Origin: Deltaproteobacteria bacterium
GTDB lineage: Bacteria > Myxococcota_A > Polyangia > HGW-17 > JAJRWW01
Length of the DNA stretch: 64,000 nucleotides
Reading direction: 5' to 3'
Assembly: GCA_029938605.1 (NCBI GenBank)
Contig: JAOZUO010000004.1
Span: 23,048-87,047, forward strand
In this document: in pieces, positions 49,151 through 60,071 of the stretch
Numbering within the stretch: the first letter of the stretch is position 1
Layout: each line of letters opens with the position of its first letter
The notes under the pieces: model-generated
Seen by the model: the letters and a program-made list of their open reading frames with translations, nothing else
Told to the model about the DNA's origin: nothing
The model's database searches: none
Position numbers and translations under genes: made by a program

Positions 49151-49166
49151 TGCAACCTGCGGGCCA
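49151..49166 (-). promoter_or_regulatory. sigma54 -24/-12 promoter of the dsrMK-like operon
   Basis: Minus strand TGGCCCGCAGGTTGCA, near consensus; repeated GTGTC/GACAC elements at about 49225-49400 are candidate activator sites. Confidence 0.8.
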
Positions 49167-49423
49167 GCTTCGTGACGACCTGGAGATCCCCTGTGATTGC
49201 GAGCGTATGTCCGGAAAGTGCTGGAAAGTGTCTGAGACCGGTGGGGGGGCGTGTGTCGGGATATTTCGGGTTTTTTTCCAATCGTCCGGGGTTGATAACG
49301 AGGCTAACACACTGGAAACACTGATACCTGTGGCCGACAGGTGGATGGGTTCCGTGTCTCGGGATCGAATCCGGGACACGCCCGAGACACGAGACACGGG
49401 GGGGGGCGCGGTCCGGGGGCGCT

Positions 49424-51172
<1,749 letters not shown>

Positions 51173-51288
51173 GCTGCTTCTTCCCGCGTGGTCGTTGCCT
51201 GCCGTCGTTGCCTGCCTCGCTGCCTAAGCCTGGTTCTCCTACATGCGTCGCCAAAGGTCAACCGAGGTCCGCTGCCGGCGGGGCGATC

Positions 51289-51350
51289 TGGGCTCAGGCT
51301 TGGGCTCAGGCTTGGGCACTGCTTGGGCACTGCTTGGGCACTGCTTGGGC
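51289..51350 (+). repeat. 12-bp tandem repeats (about 5 copies, two variants)
   Basis: GGGCTCAGGCTT x2 then GGGCACTGCTT-like units x3 (11-12 bp) just past the kinase stop codon. Confidence 0.75.
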
Positions 51351-53276
51351 TTAGGCCTGGACTCGGACCTGCCCGCGACGCTCCTCGAGCTCGGCCATGG
51401 CCTCGCGCATCTTCGCCAGACCGTAAGGCTTTGGCAGCACGCCCGAGAAGCCGTGGGACTGGTAGTCGGCCATCACCGGGTCCTGGGAGTAGCCGCTGGA
51501 GACGATGGCCAACACCTCCGGATCGAGCTGACGCAACTGCTTCATGGTCTCGGCGCCTCCGAGTCCACCGGGCACCGTCAGGTCGAGAATCACTAGGTCG
51601 ATGGGGCGGTCCGCGGCTCGCGCCTCTTTCCAGAGTGAGATTGCCTCGGCGCCGTCGGCGGCGGTGGTGATCTCGTACCCCAGCTTGGGCACAATCCGTT
51701 TGGCCATTCGCAAGATACGAGAGTCGTCGTCCATGATCAGCACCCGGCCTCCGTGTACCGCCCGAGAGTGCGTCTCGGTGCGCTTGGGCTCGGGCGTCTT
51801 GTCGTTGGCCGGAAGGTAGATGTTGAAAGTCGTGCCTTGGTCGACCACCGGGTCCACCTGAATGTGGCCGCCGTGGTTGCGTACAATGGAGTAGCACACC
51901 GTTAAGCCCAGGCCGGAACCGGTTTCTTTTGTGGTGAAGTAGGGGTCGAAGATCCGGTCCAGATTCTCCGGCAGAATTCCCTGTCCCTCGTCCTGCAGCC
52001 GGATCCGGGCGTAGGATCCGGGGTCCAGGGGCAGCCCGGAATCGCTGTCGACCTCCGCAACTGAGCTGGTGACCTCGAGCGTTCCGCCGTGGTCCATGGC
52101 CTGCACGGCGTTGATACAGATGTTGCTCACCACCTGCGATATCTGTCCCGGATCTGCGTCCACCCGCGGGAGGTCGCCGAGGTTCAATCGGGTGACGATG
52201 TTGGAGCCGCTGGTCGCGAGGGAGACCGCCTCGGTGATGAGGTCGTCGAGGGCTAGATTTTGCTTCACCGGTTTGCCGCCGCGAGAGAAAGTGAGTAGCT
52301 GCTGGGTGAGGCGCTGCGCTTGATTGGCGGCCAGCCTCGCATCCTCCAGCTCATCTGGCGTGTTATCGGGCCATCCATCGGGCGGGGCGGTCAGGGACAA
52401 GTTGCCGATGATCACCGTCAGCAGATTGTTGAAGTCATGGGCGATGCCCCCGGCTAGGACCCCCAAGGCCTCGAGCTTCTGGGCCTTGAGTAGCTCCTGT
52501 TCCATGGCGCGCCTGGTGGTGATGTCGCGCGCAATTCCCTCCACCGCGATCACTTGCCCCGCGGAGTCGAGCACCGGCGTCTCGAGCACTTCGAACCGCC
52601 GCGGCTCGCCTGACTTGTGAAGAATGTCCACCTCGTAGGGCTGCTGCTGCTCACCGGCGATGCTGCGTTCCGTGTACCTCCGCGCCTCTTCGTTGACGGG
52701 ATCATCAGTGAAGTGTTTGTCGTAGCCGGTGCGATACTCTTGGGTGGTGTAACCCAGGACGTCTTGAATCGAAGGGCTGAGGTAGGTGAAGGCGCCGTGC
52801 CTGTCGTGGGAGTAGAAAAAATACTCCTGGCGCAGGTTCTCCACCAGCCGTCGGTATCGCTCCTCGCTTTGCCGAAGGTGCTCCACGGCCAGCTTGGCTT
52901 CGGTTGCGTCGGTGAAGACGCTTGCGATTTCTCCCGTGGCGAGCTTGTAGATGTGGTTCTCGCGCCACCCGGCCGCCCGGTCATCTTTGTAGAAGGTGAT
53001 GGGGAGGTGCTCCGCCTCGCCGGTTCGCCACACCCGATGCATGACCTCTACCAGACCGAACTGTTCGACGCCGGGAAATACCTCGAAGATGTCCTTGCCC
53101 ACCACCTCGCGTCGGTCGATGTTTTCCAGACGTTGGGCGGCCAGGTTGAGGTTGGCGATGATGAAGCTGCGTCCGTCGTCCACGGCGCGGTAGACGATGA
53201 CAGCACTTTCCAGTTGCTCGCATAGGCTACCGAGGTCGAACGCGGAGACACCGTCTGGTTTTTTCTGATCGTTCAT
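51351..53276 (-). CDS. PAS-PAS hybrid histidine kinase with receiver domain
   Basis: GGIAHDFNNLL, NICINAVQAM, FDPYFTTK, GSGLGL, receiver ILDLTVPG. Confidence 0.92.
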   Translation of the reverse strand: MNDQKKPDGVSAFDLGSLCEQLESAVIVYRAVDDGRSFIIANLNLAAQRLENIDRREVVGKDIFEVFPGVEQFGLVEVMHRVWRTGEAEHLPITFYKDDRAAGWRENHIYKLATGEIASVFTDATEAKLAVEHLRQSEERYRRLVENLRQEYFFYSHDRHGAFTYLSPSIQDVLGYTTQEYRTGYDKHFTDDPVNEEARRYTERSIAGEQQQPYEVDILHKSGEPRRFEVLETPVLDSAGQVIAVEGIARDITTRRAMEQELLKAQKLEALGVLAGGIAHDFNNLLTVIIGNLSLTAPPDGWPDNTPDELEDARLAANQAQRLTQQLLTFSRGGKPVKQNLALDDLITEAVSLATSGSNIVTRLNLGDLPRVDADPGQISQVVSNICINAVQAMDHGGTLEVTSSVAEVDSDSGLPLDPGSYARIRLQDEGQGILPENLDRIFDPYFTTKETGSGLGLTVCYSIVRNHGGHIQVDPVVDQGTTFNIYLPANDKTPEPKRTETHSRAVHGGRVLIMDDDSRILRMAKRIVPKLGYEITTAADGAEAISLWKEARAADRPIDLVILDLTVPGGLGGAETMKQLRQLDPEVLAIVSSGYSQDPVMADYQSHGFSGVLPKPYGLAKMREAMAELEERRGQVRVQA

Positions 53277-53395
53277 CCGAGTCGAATTGGAGCCAGTCGC
53301 GGTAACGGCATGGTCGGATTGCAGATGTGAAACATAGTCTTCCTTACGAAGTTATTCATGTGTGATAAATAGTATGTCTTTACTATCTCGAGGCG

Positions 53396-54556
53396 TCAAG
53401 GGTCATAGGTTCCCGGGCTGGATCCCCGGTCTGAGGCGTTCAGCAGCTCCAGGATGCGCTGGTTGGCTCGGGGGAAGGCCAGATCGGATAGCTGCGCCAC
53501 GGGGAGCCACTGCCAGGCGTCAGCAGCCCGGGGCTTCGGCGTTCCGCCCAGGTGGGTGCAGTGATAGGCGTGTAGGGTGATGCGGAAGTGAGTGTAGGCG
53601 TGTTCGAGGGTGGTGATCTTCGTTCCCACGGACACTTCGATGCCCAGCTCCTCGGCGATCTCCCGGCGTACGGTCTCAGTGAGCTTCTCCCGTCCTTCGC
53701 GCTTGCCCCCGGGGAACTCCCACAGGCCGCCCAGCAGGCCGTCTGCCGGGCGTTTTTGTACCAACACATCGCCAATGTCGTTGTGGATGACCCCTACGCC
53801 GATGGTGTAGTGGGGCGTGGCTCGCTTGGGCCTGGGTAGGGGGATCTGGTGCTGGCGCCCCTGTCGGTGGGCTTGGCACCAGCGGCGCACGGGGCAGTCG
53901 CCACACGTCGGCGCGCCCGAGCCGCACACTGTGGCGCCCAACTCCATGAGTGCCTGGTTGTGGTCCGCCGGGTCCGGTGCATCCTCCACCAGGATCTCGG
54001 CCGCCCGCCAGAGCCACCGGTCCACGGGCGGCCGCCCCTTGTCGGCAGCTACCGCATAGAGCCGCAGCAGCACCCGCTTGACGTTGGCGTCGAGCACCGG
54101 ATGGCGCTGCCCATGGGCGAAGCACAGGATGGACCCGGCCGTGGATCGCCCCACCCCTGGCAGCCCGTTGACCGCCGCCAGGTCCCGGGGCATCAGCCCG
54201 CCGTGGTCTGTCACCAGGATCCCCGCCGCCCGGTGCAGGTTGCGCGCCCTGGCGTAGTAGCCGAGCCCCTCCCACAGCTTGAGCACCTCGTCGAGCTCGG
54301 CGGTGGCCAGCGTCGCGACATCGCGAAAACGCTCCAGGAACCGTTGGTAGTACGGGATCACCGTCTCCACCCGAGTTTGCTGGAGCATGATCTCAGAGAC
54401 CCAGATGCGATAGGGATCGGGCGTCCGCCGCCAGGGTAGGTCCCGATGACCGCGCCCATACCAGGCCCCAAGCGCTCTGGCGAAGGCCGGTCGCCGCCGA
54501 AGGATCGGTAGCTCCGGCAGCGCCGGCAGCTCCGGTTTGCTTTCTTTCTTCGCCAT
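53396..54556 (-). CDS. mutY: A/G-specific adenine glycosylase MutY with C-terminal Nudix domain
   Basis: WVSEIMLQQT, WEGLGYYARARNLH, LPGVGRSTA, Cx6Cx2Cx5C cluster, Nudix box. Confidence 0.93.
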   Translation of the reverse strand: MAKKESKPELPALPELPILRRRPAFARALGAWYGRGHRDLPWRRTPDPYRIWVSEIMLQQTRVETVIPYYQRFLERFRDVATLATAELDEVLKLWEGLGYYARARNLHRAAGILVTDHGGLMPRDLAAVNGLPGVGRSTAGSILCFAHGQRHPVLDANVKRVLLRLYAVAADKGRPPVDRWLWRAAEILVEDAPDPADHNQALMELGATVCGSGAPTCGDCPVRRWCQAHRQGRQHQIPLPRPKRATPHYTIGVGVIHNDIGDVLVQKRPADGLLGGLWEFPGGKREGREKLTETVRREIAEELGIEVSVGTKITTLEHAYTHFRITLHAYHCTHLGGTPKPRAADAWQWLPVAQLSDLAFPRANQRILELLNASDRGSSPGTYDP

Positions 54557-54710
54557 GCTCACGGGGCAGTCATTCAATCGCTCGTCGTCTGCCTGATGGT
54601 GTAGCAAAGATTGGGCCGTCGGGGAAAGAGGGCCCAAAGACCCGGTGGTCGACTCGTGCGTTTGTAGAAGGGTCGGAACCGATCACAAACGCCGTCTTCA
54701 GGAGGTCATC

Positions 54711-55001
54711 ATGCGTTCGATGTTGTTTGTCTGCTCGTTTCTCGCTGCCGCTGTTCTGATGACCGGGGCAGCCTTCTCCGCCCCGGCGCCGTCACCCGAG
54801 GCCGCCAAAACGGTCGACAAGTGCCTAAAGGACAAACACGGCATCATCCGGTGTGACCTCAGCGGTAGCGAGATCCCTGGGATCCTGGTCACGCCCAAGG
54901 GTACGATCATCTTGGGGAGTCGATCCATTGTCTGCGGCGGATTGATCGAATACCGGCAGAGCTTTCTCCCCGAGATCTACAAGACCGTCGAGGCGCTGTA
55001 G
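54711..55001 (+). CDS. CglF/GltF-like small exported gliding-motility protein
   Basis: Signal peptide and C-terminal I.G.L..P.G...LIEYRQSFLPEIYKTVEAL resembling the CglF family tail. Confidence 0.6.
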   Translation: MRSMLFVCSFLAAAVLMTGAAFSAPAPSPEAAKTVDKCLKDKHGIIRCDLSGSEIPGILVTPKGTIILGSRSIVCGGLIEYRQSFLPEIYKTVEAL

Positions 55002-55092
55002 TCCGGAGGCGGCGATGAGGAGAGGATGACGCTTGATTCGGCGCCATTTCTGGGAGACACTTGAATCTTCGAACTACAGTAAGGAGTGTCTC

Positions 55093-56484
55093 ATGTTTCG
55101 TTATTCTACCTACATGTGTCTTTTGGCGGGGCTGGGATTGGCGGCGGGCGGTGTGCTCGTTGGCTGCGGCGACGACAACGCCGGCACCTGTACGCCCTAC
55201 ACAGAGACGTGCAACAACCTGGACGACGACTGCGACGGCTTTGTGGACGAGGATAACAACGGACAGGCGCTGATCCAGGCCTGTACCGACTCGGAGGGCG
55301 GCGCCGGGACCCAGACCTGCGCGGCGGGCGTGTGGGGGACCTGTGTGTCGGGCTGCGTGCCGGTCGCCGAGGAGTGCAACGGCCTGGATGACGACTGCGA
55401 CGGCGAGATCGACGAGGGCGGAAGTCAGGGCCAACTGCGCCGGGACTGCGAGTCCGACTGCGGCTCGGGGTACGAGTACTGCTATGACGGACAGTGGGAG
55501 GCGTGCGACGCGCCCGAGCCCGACACCGAGATCTGCGACGGCCTGGACAACGACTGCGACGGGGACACGGACGAAGACTGCGATTGCGTTCACGGCACCA
55601 CCCGGCCCTGCGGCAGCAACGTCGGAGAGTGTCAGGAGGGGCTGGAGGACTGCGTGAACGGTGTGTGGTCGGGCAACTGCGTGGGCTCCGTGGACGCGGA
55701 GGCGGACGACTCGAACTGCAACGGCTTGGACGACGACTGCGACAACGAGGTGGACGAGGACTGCACCTGCACCCCGGGTGCCCAACAGCCTTGCGGCTCC
55801 GATGAGGGCGAGTGCGTGGCCGGGACCCAGACCTGCATTACCGGTGGGACCTGGGGACCGTGCACCGGAGAGACCGTCCCGGCCTCTGAGAGTCTCACCG
55901 GGTGCGACGGGCTGGACAACGATTGTGACGGCGTAGTGGACGAGGATCTGGCAGGGGACATTTTCGAGTCCAATGAGACCTGCGCCCAGACCCGCGAGGC
56001 TCCGAGTAGCCCCTTCGGCAGCGGCCCGGGCGAGGTTTGGGAGGACGACGGTCTGGGCTCTCTTACGGCTACGATGTATCCGGCCGGTGACGAGGACTGG
56101 TACCACTTCACCGCCATCGAATCCACGCACCTCGGTTGTAGTTACAACACTCCCCAGTGCTTCATGGTGGAGGTAACCCTGACCCTGCCGCCGGGGTTCG
56201 GCCAACATAACGTGCTGGCCACGGTGATGCCCGACTTCGACAACGACTGCTCCAACGGCACGAGCAAAAGCTTCGACTCGGCCAGCAGTGGCTCTTGGAC
56301 TACCACCGGGGGCCTCCAGGAGTGGACCATGGGGGTCCAGTGGAACGGCGCATGTGACTTCATCTTCTCCGATGACCTGGACTTTTTCATCTCCATCGAG
56401 AGCCTCAACAACGCCGAGTCCTGCGAGGACTACACCCTCTCTTACGAGATGATCTACGTCAGCGAAGGTACGGCCTGCCCGTAG
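55093..56484 (+). CDS. Lipoprotein with MopE-related putative metal-binding repeats
   Basis: Lipobox LVGC; five C(N/D)(G/N)LD(D/N)DCD..(V/I/T)DE repeats. Confidence 0.85.
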   Translation: MFRYSTYMCLLAGLGLAAGGVLVGCGDDNAGTCTPYTETCNNLDDDCDGFVDEDNNGQALIQACTDSEGGAGTQTCAAGVWGTCVSGCVPVAEECNGLDDDCDGEIDEGGSQGQLRRDCESDCGSGYEYCYDGQWEACDAPEPDTEICDGLDNDCDGDTDEDCDCVHGTTRPCGSNVGECQEGLEDCVNGVWSGNCVGSVDAEADDSNCNGLDDDCDNEVDEDCTCTPGAQQPCGSDEGECVAGTQTCITGGTWGPCTGETVPASESLTGCDGLDNDCDGVVDEDLAGDIFESNETCAQTREAPSSPFGSGPGEVWEDDGLGSLTATMYPAGDEDWYHFTAIESTHLGCSYNTPQCFMVEVTLTLPPGFGQHNVLATVMPDFDNDCSNGTSKSFDSASSGSWTTTGGLQEWTMGVQWNGACDFIFSDDLDFFISIESLNNAESCEDYTLSYEMIYVSEGTACP

Positions 56485-56575
56485 ACCAGCCTGCACGCAA
56501 ACCAGCGCTTCCCGTAAACAGAACCTCTCCCTTGGCGTCCTTGCACAACTTGTGGCTCGCGGTCATAGTGAGACC

Positions 56576-57601
56576 ATGCTCGGCTCTGCATGGCTTACGG
56601 CGGCGGCGCTGGCCTTTTCGTCTACACCGCCCCCGGCCGCGGCCGCTATGGCGGTGGCGCCCCTGCCACCGGTGTGGATCGCGGCGAGTCGGACCTCGGG
56701 TCTGGTTCACCGTCGCCCTGGGGGTGGCGTCGGCGCTGGTGCCGGCGTCGGAGTCGGAGTCGGCGCTGGGGGGTTGGAGGTACGCACGGGTGCGCGTCAG
56801 TCCGGGCGCAAGTGTTTGCGGGAGTTGGTGCGACTGGGCATACCCTTTACGCGGGCGCCTAAGACCCGGGGCGTCGACACGCCGGTGATCATCACCGGTC
56901 CCATCCGGGGGCTCAAGCTTGCGCCCATGTGGGGCAAGCGGCCCGCGCTGATGGATTGCATCTTCGCCCTGGCTTTTTATCGGATGGCGCCCGTGGTGCT
57001 CCAGTCGGGGGTCAACGAATTCCTCTACTCGAGCGTCTACTCCTACCGGAAGGTGGCGGGCACCAACGTGCTCAGCCGACACTCCTACGGTCTGGCCATC
57101 GACGTGTTCGCGGTGCGAGGGCCGGGCAAGGCCCGAGCGAACGTGAAGAAGGACTGGGTCAAGGCCATGGGGCGGCCGGGCCACTGCATCGGGCCGGTGC
57201 GAAGCCGCAAGGCGCGGCTACTGAGGGGGTTGGTGTGCAACCTGGAAAAGAGCCGGATCCTGTCGCTCATCATGACCCCGGACACGGACTACGCCCATCG
57301 GGACCACTTCCACATGGCCTGCCTCAAGGCTACCGAGCGACGTCACCACCGGGGCCGCTACGCCGGCCGACCCAAGGGCCGCACCTGGATCCCGGGGCGG
57401 GCCGTTCGCCGGTCCCGCCGCCGTCGCGCCCGTCGTCGTCGTCGCCGTCGCGCCCGTCGCCGTTCCGCTCGTCGTCGTTCCGTCCGACGTCGTTCCGCCC
57501 GTCGCCGTTCCGCTCGTCGCCGTTCCGTCAGACGTCGCCCCGCCCGTCGTCGCTCCGCCCGGCGCAGCCCCGCCCAGCGCCCCCGCCCGAGGAGGCGCTG
57601 A
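56576..57601 (+). CDS. Extensin-like C-terminal domain protein with Arg-rich tail
   Basis: SVYSYR...LSRHSYGLAIDV and TPDTDYAHRDHFH motifs; last ~65 aa are RRRS(A/V)-type repeats. Confidence 0.78.
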   Translation: MLGSAWLTAAALAFSSTPPPAAAAMAVAPLPPVWIAASRTSGLVHRRPGGGVGAGAGVGVGVGAGGLEVRTGARQSGRKCLRELVRLGIPFTRAPKTRGVDTPVIITGPIRGLKLAPMWGKRPALMDCIFALAFYRMAPVVLQSGVNEFLYSSVYSYRKVAGTNVLSRHSYGLAIDVFAVRGPGKARANVKKDWVKAMGRPGHCIGPVRSRKARLLRGLVCNLEKSRILSLIMTPDTDYAHRDHFHMACLKATERRHHRGRYAGRPKGRTWIPGRAVRRSRRRRARRRRRRRARRRSARRRSVRRRSARRRSARRRSVRRRPARRRSARRSPAQRPRPRRR

Positions 57602-57617
57602 GCCATGGCCTCCGGCG

Positions 57618-57782
57618 CTAGTGCCCTGTATCAGTGATAGGTTTCATAAGTCGCGAGACAATTTCGTTCGCTGGCAAGACGCGACGAGGACGTATACCGG
57701 GAGTATACAACTGAGGAGCAACGCAGCCAGCGGACGAAAGGGGCCGCGAATTTCGGAAGGAATCACTGATACAGGGCACTAG
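57618..57782. mobile_element. 165-bp palindromic MITE/REP-like element flanked by CTAG
   Basis: 21-bp perfect terminal IR CTAGTGCCCTGTATCAGTGAT / ATCACTGATACAGGGCACTAG plus nested internal stems (TTCGTTCGCTGGC / GCCAGCGGACGAA; GTATAC x2). Confidence 0.8.
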
Positions 57783-57819
57783 CGGCATCGACTGAACAGT
57801 CTGTTGGTCCGAGGACCAC

Positions 57820-58449
57820 TCACGTATTTTTCGGTGGCTTGTCGCGCGGGAAGAGCCCTTCGCCGAGGATTTGCGTGAGCTGCATCATGAGGTTTACCAC
57901 GTCATCCTCATCGTGGCCGAGTAGGGCCAGGCGTCCATCCACGAGCAGGCGCGACAGGCCGTAGGCCATGACCTGGCCGGCGAGCATGGCGAGCTCCGGG
58001 GGACCCTCGCGGAGTAGGCCGGTCCGGGCCGCTTCGCGGAGGGCCTCGAGGTTTTCGGCGAGCTGGACCCGGGCGGCCGCGAGTACCTCGGGGCCGAGAG
58101 ACTCGTAATAGGTTCGCGAGCTCATGAGACGGAACAGGCTCGGGTGCTCCTTGGCGAAGCGGACCGAGGCAAGGCCATGCGCTCGGAAGGCCTCCAGTGG
58201 CCCGGGTCCGACCCGCGCGAGCTCCTCCTGGGAGATCTGGGCGTGTCGGCCCATGACCTCCATGGCCACCGCCGTCATCAGCTCCGCGCGGTTTTTGAAG
58301 TGCCGGTAGGGCGCGCCGGGCGAGACGCCCACCTGACGGGCTACCTCGCGTAGCGAGACCTGGTTGGGGCCTTTGGTTTCGACGAGCTCCAGGGCGGCTT
58401 CGATGAGCGCCCTACGCAGATCGCCGTGGTGGTACCGAGGTTTGTCCAT
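57820..58449 (-). CDS. TetR/AcrR family regulator
   Basis: YHHGDLRRALI...SLREVARQVGVSPGAPYRHF. Confidence 0.93.
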   Translation of the reverse strand: MDKPRYHHGDLRRALIEAALELVETKGPNQVSLREVARQVGVSPGAPYRHFKNRAELMTAVAMEVMGRHAQISQEELARVGPGPLEAFRAHGLASVRFAKEHPSLFRLMSSRTYYESLGPEVLAAARVQLAENLEALREAARTGLLREGPPELAMLAGQVMAYGLSRLLVDGRLALLGHDEDDVVNLMMQLTQILGEGLFPRDKPPKNT

Positions 58450-58452
58450 GGG

Positions 58453-58530
58453 AAAATGTATACAGTGATTACTTTTCTGTTGACAGAGTTCGATGAGTGT
58501 AACATAGTTGCATGTAAGCAGTGATTACAT
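58453..58530 (+). promoter_or_regulatory. sigma70 promoter flanked by two candidate TetR operators
   Basis: TTGACA (58480) N17 CATAGT (58503); imperfect palindromes ATGTATACAGTGATTACTT and ATGTAAGCAGTGATTACAT on either side. Confidence 0.7.
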
Positions 58531-58574
58531 TTCTTCCAAGGACCAAAAACCAAGGACCAAGGATAGGTAACACC

Positions 58575-59870
58575 ATGGCAATAGTAACGATTTTCGATGG
58601 ATCTCTTGATGACCAGGGCGAGCTTGGTGGATTCACCGATGGGCTGGTTGCGCGTATGAATGACAACGGACACGAGGTCGCGGTGCTCCGGCTGCGCGAT
58701 CTGCACATTTCTCGGTGTACGGGGTGCTGGTCCTGCTGGGTCAAGACTCCCGGCGATTGTGCCCACAAGGACGATGGGGATGAGTTCCGCTCCGCCTGGC
58801 TGCGATCCGATCTGGTGATTCTCGCGTGCAGGCTCGAGGCGGGTTTCATCAGCTCCGTCCTCAAGACCGCGGTGGACAAGTTCATTCCCCTGGCTCATCC
58901 GTATATCAAGCTGGTCAATGGCGAGTGTGCGCACCTTCATCGCTACGGCGACCTAGCCCCCTTGGGTGTGATCCTGGAGCCCGGACCGCGAGATTCTGAG
59001 GAGGACGTTCGCGTCACGGCTGATTGGGCCGAGCGCTTCGCCGATCAGTGCCGGGTGGACTTCGTGGTTTCCGCTACTACGGCTGATCCCCTCGAGTCCA
59101 CAGCCGCCACCATCGAGCAGTATCTCGCCGCGCCGAAGGTTGAGGAGAGGCGGTCGCCGACCAGGCCGGCGCCCGTTCCGATTCCGGAGGTCGACCCCGT
59201 GGCCGGCTCCCACCGCCTGCTCGTGCTCAGCGGATCGGCCCGGGCCGAGAGCAACACGGCGATCCTCATGGAACACTTCTGTGATGGCTTTGGGGGGATC
59301 GAGGGAAATGAGACCTCCTTCATGTTGCTCAAGAGCCCTCGTCAGCGCGCCGAGGCGATCGCGGCGTGGAACGAGGCGGATCTCGTGGTCTTTGCGCTCC
59401 CCCTGTACGTCCACGCCATGGCGGGGCACCTGAAGCGGTTTTTCGAGCTCCTGGAGGACACCGAGCCGCGCCCGGGACGGCGGGTCGCCTTCATGGTCCA
59501 GTCGGGTTTCCCCGAGGCCCATCAGTCCCGTTGGCTTGAGCAGTACCTCGCGCGGCTACCGGCTCGTTGGGGCGCTATCTACCTAGGGACGGCGGTTCGT
59601 GGTGGTGTGGAGGGAATACAGATCCAGCCGCCGTGGATGACCAAGAAGCTCTACGCGCAGCTCGCCGGTCTCGGCTTGGAGCTCGGTCGAAGCGGGCGCC
59701 TCGACCGCGATCTGGTAACGGCTCTGGCCCGGGGAGAGAGCTTGTCGGTGGTCGCGCGGTTCATGTTTACGCTGGCGAGCCGTGTGGGGCTGACCGATTT
59801 CTACTGGAACAAGCGGCTCAAGGAAAACGGCGCCTTCGGAGACCGCTTTGCTCGCCCTCTCGAACCGTAG
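58575..59870 (+). CDS. Tandem flavodoxin-fold protein (iron-sulfur flavoprotein-like domain plus FMN-reductase-like domain)
   Basis: CTGCWSCWVKTPGDC..KDD in domain 1; GSARAESNT, PLYVHAM, QSGFPEA in domain 2. Confidence 0.82.
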   Translation: MAIVTIFDGSLDDQGELGGFTDGLVARMNDNGHEVAVLRLRDLHISRCTGCWSCWVKTPGDCAHKDDGDEFRSAWLRSDLVILACRLEAGFISSVLKTAVDKFIPLAHPYIKLVNGECAHLHRYGDLAPLGVILEPGPRDSEEDVRVTADWAERFADQCRVDFVVSATTADPLESTAATIEQYLAAPKVEERRSPTRPAPVPIPEVDPVAGSHRLLVLSGSARAESNTAILMEHFCDGFGGIEGNETSFMLLKSPRQRAEAIAAWNEADLVVFALPLYVHAMAGHLKRFFELLEDTEPRPGRRVAFMVQSGFPEAHQSRWLEQYLARLPARWGAIYLGTAVRGGVEGIQIQPPWMTKKLYAQLAGLGLELGRSGRLDRDLVTALARGESLSVVARFMFTLASRVGLTDFYWNKRLKENGAFGDRFARPLEP

Positions 59871-60071
59871 TGTTGGAGTTGAAGCGAACTAATATTTGCC
59901 CTCACGGAGGCGGGCAGCGGGGACTTCGGCGTCGTAGGTGTATTATCCTGATTCGGGGTGAGACAACTTCTGGATCGGTCATCGGGTGGGTGGATGTAGT
60001 TTTGCTTGCTGGGAAGCGGGACACGGCCTAGAGTAACGTCAATAGGATAACGACTTAATCTGGAGAGAGAC

